A stretch of 64,000 nucleotides of DNA from the NCBI GenBank assembly GCA_963708135.1, contig OY970192.1, positions 992,001 through 1,056,000 of the forward strand. Direction: 5' to 3'. This document shows, one piece after another, positions 49,274-58,895 of the stretch. The notes below the pieces were generated by a model. That model saw nothing but the letters and a program-made list of their open reading frames with translations, was not told the origin of the DNA and searched no databases. Every line of letters begins with the position of its first letter. Position 1 is the stretch's first letter. Source of the stretch: an uncultured Gemmatimonadales bacterium. GTDB lineage: Bacteria > Gemmatimonadota > Gemmatimonadetes > Longimicrobiales > RSA9. Both the position numbers and the translations under genes were made by a program.

Positions 49274-50547
49274 TGGCGGCCCCATCCACGGACTTCCACT
49301 ACGAGGACGGGAAGCTCCGCTGCGAACGCGTCGGCATCGAGGAGCTGGTCGGGGCGCTGGGCACCCCGCTCTACGTCTACAGCCGCCGCGGCATCGTGGA
49401 GCGGCTCCACGAGTTCCGCTCAGCGTTCTCGCCGCTCGATCCGCTGATCGCGTACTCCGTCAAGGCGAACGGCAACCTGTCGCTCCTGCGCCTGCTGGGG
49501 CAGGAGGGCGCGGGGGCGGACATCGTGAGCGGCGGCGAGCTGTTCCGCGCACGCACCGCGGGGATCGCGCCGGAGCGCATCGTCTTCAGCGGGGTCGGCA
49601 AGACGGTGACGGAGCTCGCGGCCGCGCTCGAAGCGGGGATTTACGGCTTCAACGTGGAGAGCGAGGGGGAGCTTCGCGAACTGGCGAGCCTGGGGGAAAC
49701 AATGGGGGTGCGTGCGCCCGTCGCCCTGCGGGTGAACCCGGACATAGAGTCGCCGACGCCGCACGCCTATACGCGCACGGGCCACCGGGCCACCAAGTTC
49801 GGGATCCCGACGGAGGACGCGCTGCGGCTGTACCGGGCGGCGGCCCAGCTGCCGGGCATCCTGCTGCGCGGGATCGACGTGCACATCGGCAGCCAGATCG
49901 TGGAGGTCGATCCTTACCGCCGCGCGCTGGAGCACGTGCTGGCGCTGGTGGACGAGCTCCGGCGGGACGGGATCGAGCTGGAGTACGTCGACCTCGGCGG
50001 CGGCTTCGGCGTGCCGTACGAAGGGGAGACGGGCACGTCGGCGCGCGCGTTCGGGGAGGTCCTCGGTCCCCTCGTGGAGGAGAGCGGGCTGCGGCTCGTG
50101 CTGGAGCCCGGCCGCTACATCGTCGCGCCGGCAGGGGCGCTGCTCACGCGGGTGCTGTACCTGAAGGAGATGGGCGGCAAGACGTTCGTCATCACGGACG
50201 CGGGGATGAACGACCTGCTTCGCCCTAGCCACTACGCGAGCTACCACCGGGTTTCCCCGGTGGAGCTGCACCCGGCACGGGAGGAGGCCGTGGTGGACGT
50301 GGTGGGGCCGATCTGCGAGAGCGGCGATTTCCTGGCGCTGGACCGGCGCCTGGAGCGGCCCTGCGAGGGCGAGCTGCTGGCCGTGGGCACGACGGGCGCA
50401 TACGGGTTCTCCATGGCCTCGACTTACAACGCGCGGCTGCGGCCCGCCGAGGTGCTGGTGGACGGCGACAGCTATCGCGTGATCCGGCGCAGGGAGAGCT
50501 ACGAGGACCTGGTGCGGGGCGAGATCGAGGCGCTGGCCGGCCGCTGA
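49273..50547 (+). CDS. lysA: diaminopimelate decarboxylase
   Basis: [27 protein letters not shown]. Confidence 0.95.
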   Translation: MAAPSTDFHYEDGKLRCERVGIEELVGALGTPLYVYSRRGIVERLHEFRSAFSPLDPLIAYSVKANGNLSLLRLLGQEGAGADIVSGGELFRARTAGIAPERIVFSGVGKTVTELAAALEAGIYGFNVESEGELRELASLGETMGVRAPVALRVNPDIESPTPHAYTRTGHRATKFGIPTEDALRLYRAAAQLPGILLRGIDVHIGSQIVEVDPYRRALEHVLALVDELRRDGIELEYVDLGGGFGVPYEGETGTSARAFGEVLGPLVEESGLRLVLEPGRYIVAPAGALLTRVLYLKEMGGKTFVITDAGMNDLLRPSHYASYHRVSPVELHPAREEAVVDVVGPICESGDFLALDRRLERPCEGELLAVGTTGAYGFSMASTYNARLRPAEVLVDGDSYRVIRRRESYEDLVRGEIEALAGR

Positions 50548-50572
50548 CACGCAACCCGAATCCCGGAACCCG

Positions 50573-52117
50573 ATGGACGCGAACCGAATCCTGATCCTCG
50601 ACTACGGCTCGCAGTTTACGCAGCTCATTGCGCGCCGCATCCGCGAGGAGCGCGTCTACTGCGAGATCCAACCGCCGACCGTGTCGCTCGACTGGGTCCG
50701 CGCCTGGGCGCCGCGTGGGGTGATCCTGTCGGGCGGGCCGTCATCGGTCTACGAGGCGGACGTGCCGACGGCGGACCCCGGGCTGTTGCGCCTGGGCGTG
50801 CCGATCCTCGGCATCTGCTACGGCATGCAGCTGGTGGCGCAGCTGGAGGGAGGCCGCGTGCTGCACGGGAAACGGGAGTACGGCCGCGCGGAGATCGAGG
50901 TGCTGGACGGCTGCCCCCTCTTCGACGGCTTCGAGGTGGGCGAGCGCGCGACCGTATGGGCGAGCCACGGCGACCATGTGGACGACCCGCCCCCCGGCTA
51001 CCGCACGGTGGCCTCGTCGGGAACCCTGCCGGTGGCGGCGTTTGAGAGCGAGGGCCGCGCGATCTACGGAGTGCAGTTCCACCCGGAGGTCGCGCACACG
51101 CCGCGGGGCGCGGAGATCATCTCCAACTTCGTCTTCCGGATCTGCGGCTGCGAGCCGACCTGGACGGCCGGGTCTTTCATCGACGAGGCCGTCGGGAGGA
51201 TCCGCGCCCGCATCGGGGACGCGCAGGTGGTGTGCGGGCTCTCCGGCGGCGTCGATTCCTCCGTGGCGGCCGCGCTGGTGCACCGCGCGGTGGGCGACCA
51301 GCTGACGAACATCTTCGTGGACACGGGGCTGCTCCGGAAAGGCGAGCGCGAGAGCGTCGAGCGGGCCTTCCGGCAGCACATGGGAATGCGCCTGATCGTG
51401 GTGGACGCCGCCAGCGAGTTCCTCCGGCGCCTGGAGGGCGTCGAGGACCCGGAGGAGAAGCGGCGCCGGATCGGCGAGGTGTTCATCCGCATCTTCGAGC
51501 GCACCGCGGAGCAGGTGGGCGGCGGTGCCAGGTTTCTCGTGCAGGGGACGCTGTACCCGGACGTGATCGAGTCCCAGTCGGTGCGCGGACCGTCGGCGAC
51601 GATCAAGACGCACCACAACGTCGGCGGGCTGCCCCCGGAGATGCGCTTCTCCCTGGTCGAGCCGCTGCGGGAGCTCTTCAAGGACGAGGTGCGGCAGGTG
51701 GGGCGGGAGCTCGGGCTGCCGGAGGAGCTCGTAGGGCGGCACCCTTTCCCGGGGCCGGGCCTGGCGATCCGCGTGCTGGGGGAGGTGCGCGAGGAGGGGC
51801 TGGCGGTGCTTCGGGAGGCCGACGCCATCTACCTGGAGGAGATCCGCGCCGCGGAGCTCTACGACGATATCTGGCAGGCCTTCGCCGTGCTGCTGCCGGT
51901 GCGCAGCGTAGGCGTCATGGGAGACGCCCGCACGTACGAGCACGTCGTGGCGCTGCGGGCGGTCACCAGCCGCGATGGCATGACCGCGGACTGGTACCCG
52001 TTCCCTCATGACGTGCTGGGACGCATCTCGTCCCGCATCATCAACGAAGTGGCCGGGGTGAACCGCGTCTGCTACGACGTCAGCTCGAAACCGCCGGCCA
52101 CCATCGAGTGGGAGTAG
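50573..52117 (+). CDS. guaA: GMP synthase (glutamine-hydrolysing)
   Basis: [37 protein letters not shown]. Confidence 0.98.
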   Translation: MDANRILILDYGSQFTQLIARRIREERVYCEIQPPTVSLDWVRAWAPRGVILSGGPSSVYEADVPTADPGLLRLGVPILGICYGMQLVAQLEGGRVLHGKREYGRAEIEVLDGCPLFDGFEVGERATVWASHGDHVDDPPPGYRTVASSGTLPVAAFESEGRAIYGVQFHPEVAHTPRGAEIISNFVFRICGCEPTWTAGSFIDEAVGRIRARIGDAQVVCGLSGGVDSSVAAALVHRAVGDQLTNIFVDTGLLRKGERESVERAFRQHMGMRLIVVDAASEFLRRLEGVEDPEEKRRRIGEVFIRIFERTAEQVGGGARFLVQGTLYPDVIESQSVRGPSATIKTHHNVGGLPPEMRFSLVEPLRELFKDEVRQVGRELGLPEELVGRHPFPGPGLAIRVLGEVREEGLAVLREADAIYLEEIRAAELYDDIWQAFAVLLPVRSVGVMGDARTYEHVVALRAVTSRDGMTADWYPFPHDVLGRISSRIINEVAGVNRVCYDVSSKPPATIEWE

Positions 52118-52123
52118 CTGGGC

Positions 52124-52354
52124 TCAGGCGCTGCCGCCCTCCCGCTCCGCATCGATCTGCGCCACCCCCTCGGCCGTCAGGCGGCGCAGGTAGATCCCCG
52201 CATAGTTCTCATCGATCGCCGCCAGGCGGTTCTCCGGCGAGGCGGGATAGCGCATGTCGCAGCCGTCGCAGCGAATACAGCGGTCTTCACCCGTCCCGAC
52301 CAGCCGCCAGTTGCCGGTACATTCCTCGGATCTATGATCGAGCACGGCCATCAA
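52124..52354 (-). CDS. small hypothetical Cys-containing protein
   Basis: SD GGAGG upstream; four Cys including CIRCDGC; own sigma54-like promoter. Confidence 0.65.
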   Translation of the reverse strand: MMAVLDHRSEECTGNWRLVGTGEDRCIRCDGCDMRYPASPENRLAAIDENYAGIYLRRLTAEGVAQIDAEREGGSA

Positions 52355-52404
52355 AGTCCTCCCCTGGTTGCCGGGGCGGAACGCCCACGCCCCACTCCCA
52401 CGCG

Positions 52405-52420
52405 TGCAAGCTCCACGCCA
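52405..52420 (-). promoter_or_regulatory. sigma54 (-24/-12) promoter
   Basis: Minus strand TGGCGTGGAGCTTGCA: GG-N10-GC. Confidence 0.65.
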
Positions 52421-52455
52421 TCCGCGGCGATGTGGGGCGGGCCGGTGCGGATGAG

Positions 52456-52926
52456 TCAGGCGCCGGTCGTGGCGGAAGCCGTGCCGCTGCGTGCGGGGGG
52501 CGCCGCGCCGCCTTTCGGCGCCACCGGCCGTGGCGCGGAGGATGGTGGCTCCGGCGCCGCGGCGGGTGCGCCGGATGGCGCCTGCGGAGACGGGGGCCGC
52601 CCCCTGAGGCGGGCCTCGATGGAGTCCCAGACGAGGGACATGTACTCGATATCCCCGCCGTGGACCCGGGCGAATTCGGCGAGCTCCGCAGAACTCACCC
52701 CTTCCTCCCGCAGCACGCTGTCGCGCGCCCCGCGGAAGGCCGTGGAATCGCGCGCCGGCCCCTCCACCTGGCGCAGCGCGACGACCGCGTCGATGAATCG
52801 CTCGCGGGAGATGGCGCTCTCGGTGTGACCGCCGAGCCGGATCCGGCCGCAGCCCGGCACGGAGAGGGTGAGCAGCGCCGCCGCCAGCGCCGCCCCGATT
52901 CCTGACATTCGCGACATTGCCGACAT
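52456..52926 (-). CDS. hypothetical lipoprotein
   Basis: Signal peptide with lipobox VPGC; helical domain; Pro/Ala tail; three candidate ATGs 9 nt apart. Confidence 0.7.
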   Translation of the reverse strand: MSAMSRMSGIGAALAAALLTLSVPGCGRIRLGGHTESAISRERFIDAVVALRQVEGPARDSTAFRGARDSVLREEGVSSAELAEFARVHGGDIEYMSLVWDSIEARLRGRPPSPQAPSGAPAAAPEPPSSAPRPVAPKGGAAPPARSGTASATTGA

Positions 52927-52932
52927 TCGCGG

Positions 52933-52962
52933 AGGGTAGGCCTTGCCCCGGCGTGGTGTCAA
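52933..52962 (-). promoter_or_regulatory. sigma70-type promoter, probably leaderless transcript
   Basis: Minus strand TTGACA, 18-nt spacer, TACCCT, 6 nt, ATG at 52926. Confidence 0.55.
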
Positions 52963-53013
52963 GCAGGGCTCCGCGACGGGAGGTGCGGCGGCTGCCGATA
53001 TGACAGGGGGCGA

Positions 53014-53028
53014 AGGCATACGGCTTGC
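53014..53028 (+). promoter_or_regulatory. sigma54 (-24/-12) promoter upstream of clpB
   Basis: AGGCATACGGCTTGC: GG-N10-GC. Confidence 0.6.
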
Positions 53029-53112
53029 CCCGGGTGGGGGCGGGGGTCGGGGTACGGGGAGCGCGGATTCGGGTCCGGGCAGGGTGAGCGGGCTCGCGAG
53101 CGGAAAGAGATC

Positions 53113-55743
53113 ATGCTGAACTCCGAGAGGCTGACGATCAGGGCGGCCGAGGCGATCCAGACGGCGGCCGGAGAGGCACGTCGGCGGGGCAACCCGTCGC
53201 TGGAGGATGTGCACGTCATGGAGGCGCTGCTGGATCAGGAGGAATCGGTGGTGGTGCCGATCCTCCAGAAGGTGGGGGTGAACATCGCCCGGCTGCGCGA
53301 GTCGCTGCGGGAGTCACTGGAACGGCTGCCGAAGCAGACGGGCGGGGCGCAGGCGCAGGTGAGCAGAGAGCTGAACCAGATCTTCGATCGAGCGGAAGAG
53401 GAGGCGCGGGAGCTGGGGGACGAGTACGTCTCGACCGAGCACCTGCTCCTGGCGCTTTCGGAGAAGAAGGGGTCGACGACGCGGGAGCTGCTGGCGGAAC
53501 AGGGGGTGAACCGTGCGGGGCTGCTGGCGGCGGTGGAGTCGGTGCGGGGTCCGCACCGGGTGACGGACCAGGAGCCGGAGCAGAAGTACCGTGCGCTGGA
53601 GCGGTTCACGAAGGACCTGACGGAGCTGGCGCGGCGGGGGAGGCTGGACCCGGTGATCGGGCGGGACGAGGAGATCCGGCGGGTAATCCAGGTACTCTCG
53701 CGGCGGACGAAGAACAACCCCGTGCTGATCGGGGAGCCGGGTGTGGGGAAGACGGCGATCGTGGAGGGGCTGGCGCAGCGGGTGGTGAGCGGGGACGTGC
53801 CGGAGATGCTGCGGGAGAAGCGGGTGGTGCAGCTGGACCTGGGCGCGCTGGTGGCTGGGGCGAAGTATCGGGGCGAGTTCGAGGAGCGGCTGAAGGCGGT
53901 GCTGAAGGAGCTGACGGAGGCGGAGGGCCGCTACATCGTCTTCATCGACGAGCTGCACACGCTGGTGGGGGCGGGGAAGGCGGAAGGGGCGATGGACGCG
54001 GGGAACATGCTGAAGCCGGCGCTGGCGCGTGGCGAGCTGCACGTGGTGGGCGCGACGACACTGGACGAGTACCGGCTGCACGTGGAGAAGGACGCGGCGC
54101 TGGAGCGGCGGTTCCAGCCGGTGTACGTGGGAGAGCCGAGCGTGGAGGACACGGTGGCGATCCTGAGGGGGCTGAAGGAGCGTTACGAGGTGCATCACGG
54201 CGTGCGGATCACGGACGGCGCGATCGTGGCGGCGGCGCGCCTCTCGGACCGCTACATCGGCGGCCGGTTCCTGCCGGACAAGGCGATCGACCTGATCGAT
54301 GAGGCGGGCTCCCGACTGCGCATCCAGATCGACAGCCTGCCGCAGGAGATCGACGAGGTCGAGCGGCGGATCATGCAGCTGGAGATCGAGCGCACGGCGC
54401 TGGCGGCGGAGACGGATCCGGAGGCGGTGGAGCGGCGGCGACGGATCGAGGCGGAGCTGGCGGAGCTGCGCGAGAAGAGCAGCGGGATGAAGGCGCGGTG
54501 GCAGGCGGAGAAGGAGCAGATCGGCCGGTTGCGGGAGCTGAAGCAGAGGATCGACGACCTCAAGGTGGAGGCGGAGCGGGCGCAGCGGACGGGCGACCTG
54601 GCGCGGGCGGCGGAGATCCAGTACGGCGAGGTTCCGCGGCTGGAGGCCGAGCTGTCGGCCGCAGAGCAGAAGCTGTCGGAGCAGCAGGCGGAGACGCGAT
54701 TCCTGAAGGAAGAGGTGACGGCGGAGGACGTGGCGGAGGTGGTGTCGAACTGGACGGGGATCCCGGTGTCACGGATGCTGGAAACGGAGCGGCAGCGGCT
54801 GACGCACCTGGACGAGGTGCTCGGGACGCGGGTGATCGGCCAGAGGGAGGCGGTGGACGCGGTGGCGAACGCCATCCGGCGGAGCCGTGCGGGGCTGCAG
54901 GATCCGAACCGCCCGATCGGCAGCTTCATCTTCCTGGGGCCGACGGGGGTGGGCAAGACGGAGACGGCGCGGGCGCTGGCGGAGTTCCTCTTCGACGACG
55001 AGGAGGCGATGGTGCGCATCGACATGTCGGAGTACATGGAGCGGCACGCCGTGGCGCGGCTGATCGGGGCGCCGCCGGGGTACGTCGGCTACGAGGAGGG
55101 CGGCCAGCTCACGGAGGCGGTGCGCCGGCGGCCCTATTCCGTGGTGCTGTTCGACGAGATCGAGAAGGCGCACGGCGACGTCTTCAACGTGCTGCTGCAG
55201 ATCCTGGACGATGGGCGCCTGACCGACTCGCAGGGGCGCACGGTGGACTTCCGGAACACCGTCATCATCATGACGTCGAACATCGGCAGCCCGCTGATCC
55301 TCGAGCACGCCGGCGCCGGGGACTGGGAGCGGGTCGAAACCCGCGTGCTGGACGAGCTCCGCCGGCACTTCCGGCCGGAGTTCCTGAACCGCGTGGACGA
55401 CATCATCGTCTTCCGGCCGCTCGGGGAGGCGGAGCTCGAGAAGATCGTCGGGCTCCAGCTCCGGCGCGTCGAGCAGCTCCTGGCGGAACGTCGGATCGGG
55501 CTGCGGATCACGCCGGCCGCGCGGCAGCTGATCGCGGAGGAGGGGTACGACCCGGCGTTCGGCGCGCGGCCGCTGAAGCGCGCCATCCAGCGGCTGGTGC
55601 AGAACCCGCTGGCGCTGCGGCTGCTGGAGGGCGAGTTCCAGGATGGCGACACGATCGTCGTGGACCGGCAGGATGGCGCGGCCGCACTGACGTTCCACAA
55701 GGGGCAGCCGGAAGCGGCGGACAGCCAGCCGGCCGTGGCTTGA
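53113..55743 (+). CDS. clpB: ATP-dependent chaperone ClpB
   Basis: Two AAA+ domains ([16 protein letters not shown]) and a long coiled-coil M-domain. Confidence 0.98.
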   Translation: MLNSERLTIRAAEAIQTAAGEARRRGNPSLEDVHVMEALLDQEESVVVPILQKVGVNIARLRESLRESLERLPKQTGGAQAQVSRELNQIFDRAEEEARELGDEYVSTEHLLLALSEKKGSTTRELLAEQGVNRAGLLAAVESVRGPHRVTDQEPEQKYRALERFTKDLTELARRGRLDPVIGRDEEIRRVIQVLSRRTKNNPVLIGEPGVGKTAIVEGLAQRVVSGDVPEMLREKRVVQLDLGALVAGAKYRGEFEERLKAVLKELTEAEGRYIVFIDELHTLVGAGKAEGAMDAGNMLKPALARGELHVVGATTLDEYRLHVEKDAALERRFQPVYVGEPSVEDTVAILRGLKERYEVHHGVRITDGAIVAAARLSDRYIGGRFLPDKAIDLIDEAGSRLRIQIDSLPQEIDEVERRIMQLEIERTALAAETDPEAVERRRRIEAELAELREKSSGMKARWQAEKEQIGRLRELKQRIDDLKVEAERAQRTGDLARAAEIQYGEVPRLEAELSAAEQKLSEQQAETRFLKEEVTAEDVAEVVSNWTGIPVSRMLETERQRLTHLDEVLGTRVIGQREAVDAVANAIRRSRAGLQDPNRPIGSFIFLGPTGVGKTETARALAEFLFDDEEAMVRIDMSEYMERHAVARLIGAPPGYVGYEEGGQLTEAVRRRPYSVVLFDEIEKAHGDVFNVLLQILDDGRLTDSQGRTVDFRNTVIIMTSNIGSPLILEHAGAGDWERVETRVLDELRRHFRPEFLNRVDDIIVFRPLGEAELEKIVGLQLRRVEQLLAERRIGLRITPAARQLIAEEGYDPAFGARPLKRAIQRLVQNPLALRLLEGEFQDGDTIVVDRQDGAAALTFHKGQPEAADSQPAVA

Positions 55744-55771
55744 CAGAGCGAGGGCGGCGGTCCTACCATCC

Positions 55772-55813
55772 GCGCCGCGGTCCCGGCGCTCACGGGGCCG
55801 CGGCGCTTCTCTT
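55772..55813 (+). terminator. hairpin after clpB
   Basis: GCGCCGCGGTCCC...GGGGCCGCGGCGC followed by TTCTCTT. Confidence 0.55.
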
Positions 55814-55827
55814 CCGGAGTCCATTCC

Positions 55828-56295
55828 ATGATGCCTTCCGTGCGGACCGGGCTGAGAGCGCTGCCGACCTGTGGTCTGGCGGCGCTCCTCGCGTTCGGGT
55901 GCGTGAAGCGGACCGTCGAGCCGGTGTCGAGCGGTCCCGCGACGACGGGGATCGCCCCGCAGCTCGTCATCGAGCAATTCCTGCGCGCGGCGAACGCCAA
56001 TGACCTCCAGCAGATGGGCCGCCTCTTCGGCACAGCGGACGGCAGCGTGCTGCAGCGCGACCCGCGCAGCGAGGTCGAGAAACGAATGTTCGCCATCGCG
56101 TCGCTGCTGCGGCACCAGGACTACACGATCCAGGGCCAGTCGATCGTGCCCGGCCGCGACGACGAGATCCGGCTGGCCGTCCGCCTGAAGCGGGAGAAGG
56201 ACGAGGTGGTGGTGCCGTTCACGCTGGTGCGCACGCACGACGGCGGCTGGCTCATCACCGACATCGACCTGACGGCGGTGACGTCGAAACCGTGA
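55828..56295 (+). CDS. hypothetical lipoprotein (NTF2-like pattern)
   Basis: Lipobox AFGC; VIEQFLRAAN...GGWLITDID. Confidence 0.75.
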   Translation: MMPSVRTGLRALPTCGLAALLAFGCVKRTVEPVSSGPATTGIAPQLVIEQFLRAANANDLQQMGRLFGTADGSVLQRDPRSEVEKRMFAIASLLRHQDYTIQGQSIVPGRDDEIRLAVRLKREKDEVVVPFTLVRTHDGGWLITDIDLTAVTSKP

Positions 56296-56362
56296 AGGCC
56301 GCCCGGAACGGCCCTGGTGCGGTGGTGAGCGAGGGCGCCGGTTTCGAGCCCGAGCCGCCGGT

Positions 56363-56764
56363 TCAGCCTTCGACCAGCTCGACGAGGACGCCGGCCATGG
56401 AGGAGGGGTGGAGGAAGGCGACGCGGTGGCCGCGCGCGCCGGGGCGGGGCGCGCGATCAATGAGGCGGACACCGGCCTCCACGAGGCGGGCGAGAGCGGC
56501 GTCCAGGTCGGGGACGCGGTAAGCAATGTGGTGGAGCCCGGGGCCGCGACGCTCGAGGAAGCGGGCGACGGAGCCGTCGGCGGTGATCGGCTGGATCAGC
56601 TCGAGGCGGACCGGCCCCGCACCGAGGAAGGCGACATCGACGCCCTGGCTCTCGACGCGCTCGATGGCGGAACCGCCGGCGCCGGTCGTGTGTTGATAGA
56701 GGAGCGCGGCCTCCGCGATGGAGGGGACCGCGATCGCAATGTGGTCGAGGGGAAGCGCGTCCAT
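56363..56764 (-). CDS. mce: methylmalonyl-CoA epimerase (VOC family)
   Basis: LDHIAIAV, ELIQP, GPGLHHIAY, AFLHP, GVLVELVE. Confidence 0.9.
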   Translation of the reverse strand: MDALPLDHIAIAVPSIAEAALLYQHTTGAGGSAIERVESQGVDVAFLGAGPVRLELIQPITADGSVARFLERRGPGLHHIAYRVPDLDAALARLVEAGVRLIDRAPRPGARGHRVAFLHPSSMAGVLVELVEG

Positions 56765-56870
56765 TGTGCACCCTTCATCGGCCGGGTTCTTGCAACCCGG
56801 AGATTGGGAAGTTAACGAGCCGGCGCGGCGCTTCCAAGCTGCGGCCGTGAGGAAACAAAAGGAGATCGGG

Positions 56871-57206
56871 ATGGCTGAGAACGGCAAGGTCGTCGCCGTA
56901 ACCAATGCGACGTTCGAGAGCGAGATCGAGAAGACGGGCGGGCTGGCGCTCGTCGATTTCTGGGCCGTGTGGTGCGGCCCGTGCAAGATGGTGGCACCGG
57001 TGGTGGAGCAGCTCGCCAACGAGTACGAGGGAAAGCTGAAGGTTCGGAAGCTGGACGTGGACTCGAACCAGCAGACGGCGATGCGCTTCAACATCCGGTC
57101 GATTCCGAGCATCCTGTTCTTCAAGGACGGGAAGCACGTGGACACCGTGGTGGGCGCCGTGCCGAAGGCGTACCTCGACCGCAAGGTGCAGGAGCACCTC
57201 GGCTGA
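56871..57206 (+). CDS. trxA: thioredoxin
   Basis: WCGPC; SD AAGGAG. Confidence 0.97.
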   Translation: MAENGKVVAVTNATFESEIEKTGGLALVDFWAVWCGPCKMVAPVVEQLANEYEGKLKVRKLDVDSNQQTAMRFNIRSIPSILFFKDGKHVDTVVGAVPKAYLDRKVQEHLG

Positions 57207-57227
57207 GCGGAGCGCGGCGGCGCGGAT

Positions 57228-57287
57228 CCGGGCGCCGCACCGAGCGGCTCCGGCGGGGCGCCGGAGCCGCTCGGCCGCGGCGCCCGG
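57228..57287. repeat. long GC-rich inverted repeat
   Basis: 11-bp stem (57228-57238/57277-57287) plus 16-bp stem (57240-57255/57259-57274). Confidence 0.8.
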
Positions 57288-57326
57288 CCGCATCCGGGGC
57301 CGCCCCCCTCCCACTGGCGTAACTCC

Positions 57327-58184
57327 ATGTCCCAGCTTTATATTGTCAGTACTCCAATCGGGAACCTGTCCGACATCACGTACCGCGCCGTAGAGGTTCT
57401 CGGCGAGGTTGACCGCATCCTGGCGGAAGACACCCGCCGCACGTCCATCCTGCTGCGTCATTACGGCATCGCGACACCGCTGGTCTCAGCGCACGAGCAC
57501 AACGAGGCGGCGCGAGCGGCGCAGGTCGTAGCCTGGCTCGACGCCGGGGAGCGGCTGGCCCTGGTCTCGGACGCGGGCACTCCGCTGGTGTCGGATCCCG
57601 GCGCACGGATCGTGCAAGGCGCGGTGACCGCTGGGCATACGGTGGTCCCGGTGCCTGGCGCTTCGGCGCTCCTGGCCGCCCTGGCGGGATCGGGGCTGGA
57701 GACGGGGGCGTTCACGTTCCTCGGCTTTCCTCCGCGCGCCGGCGGAGGGCGACGGGGGCTGCTCGAGGCGGTGGCGGCACTCGATCATGTGGCGGTGCTG
57801 TACGAGGCGCCGGGGCGGGTGGCGCGGCTCCTGGCGGAGCTGGCCGGGGCGTGTGGCGGGGAGCGACGGGCGGTGGTGGCGCGCGAGCTGACGAAGGTCC
57901 ACGAGACATTCTGGCGGGGAACCCTCACCGAGGCGACCGCCTATTACGCGGGGGAGCGGGTGCGGGGCGAGGTGGTGGTGCTGGTGGCGGGGCGGGGGCA
58001 GGTGGAGCATGCGGCGGAGGCGGCGGAGGCGGAATCGGCGGCGCGCGGCCATGCGCGGCTCCGGCTGAGTGAAGGGAAGCGTCCGAGCGCGGTCGCGCGG
58101 GAGGTGGCGACGCGCTTTGCGCTTTCCAGGAATCGGGCGTACGAGATCGTCCTCTCGGAGCGGGAGGGCGGCGAAGGAGGTTGA
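57327..58184 (+). CDS. rsmI: 16S rRNA C1402 2'-O-methyltransferase
   Basis: STPIGNLSDIT, AEDTR, VSDAGTPLVSDPG, ARELTKVHE. Confidence 0.96.
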   Translation: MSQLYIVSTPIGNLSDITYRAVEVLGEVDRILAEDTRRTSILLRHYGIATPLVSAHEHNEAARAAQVVAWLDAGERLALVSDAGTPLVSDPGARIVQGAVTAGHTVVPVPGASALLAALAGSGLETGAFTFLGFPPRAGGGRRGLLEAVAALDHVAVLYEAPGRVARLLAELAGACGGERRAVVARELTKVHETFWRGTLTEATAYYAGERVRGEVVVLVAGRGQVEHAAEAAEAESAARGHARLRLSEGKRPSAVAREVATRFALSRNRAYEIVLSEREGGEGG

Positions 58185-58187
58185 GGT

Positions 58188-58895
58188 TTGAGGTCCCTGG
58201 CGCTGGCTCTGGTGCTGGTCGCGGCGGCCCCCGCCGCATCGGTGGTCCGCGGACTCGCGGCGGGCATGGCGCCGGTGGCGATCGCGGCGGCCCCGACGTT
58301 CACGATCGCGCAGCTGCAGTACGAGGGAGGCGGCGACTGGTACGCGAATCCGTCCGGCCTTCCGAACCTGCTCGGCGCGATCCGGGCGCGGGCGGGTCTG
58401 CCGGTGGCGGCGCGGCCGGTGCACGTGAAGCTGACCGACCCGGACCTCTGGTTGTATCCCTACCTGTACATGACCGGCCACGGGAACGTGCACTTCACGG
58501 ATGAGGAGGTGCAGATCCTGAGGAAGTATCTCTCGTCGGGCGGGTTCCTGCACGCGGACGACAACTACGGGATGGACGAGAGCTTCCGGCGCGAGATCCA
58601 GCGGGTGTTCCCCGACTCGAAGCTGGTGGAGCTTCCGCTCACCCACCCGATCTACCACGACTTCTACCAGTTCCCGCGGGGCCTGCCAAAGGTGCACAAG
58701 CACGACGGCAAGCCCGCGCAGGGATTCGGGATCTTCCATGACGGGCGGCTGGTGGTCTTCTACGACTACCAGTGCGACCTGGGCAACGGCTGGGAGAACG
58801 TCGGCACGTACGACGACCCGCCGGCGCTGCACGAAGCGGCGCTCCGGATGGGCGTGAACCTGTTCCTCTACGCGATGTCGCAGGTGACGCGATGA
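58188..58895 (+). CDS. DUF4159 family exported protein
   Basis: Signal peptide; YEGGGDWY, YMTGHG, GGFLHADDNYG, DLGNGWE. Confidence 0.88.
   Translation: MRSLALALVLVAAAPAASVVRGLAAGMAPVAIAAAPTFTIAQLQYEGGGDWYANPSGLPNLLGAIRARAGLPVAARPVHVKLTDPDLWLYPYLYMTGHGNVHFTDEEVQILRKYLSSGGFLHADDNYGMDESFRREIQRVFPDSKLVELPLTHPIYHDFYQFPRGLPKVHKHDGKPAQGFGIFHDGRLVVFYDYQCDLGNGWENVGTYDDPPALHEAALRMGVNLFLYAMSQVTR

Noticed and set aside
45046..50547. 892-, 710- and 573-aa ORFs suggesting synthetase or lysA fusions
   Set aside because: N-terminal parts are Arg/Gly/Ala-rich off-frame reads of folC, hisS and proS.
52930..53112. CIRCE element upstream of clpB
   Set aside because: No TTAGCACTC-N9-GAGTGCTAA match.
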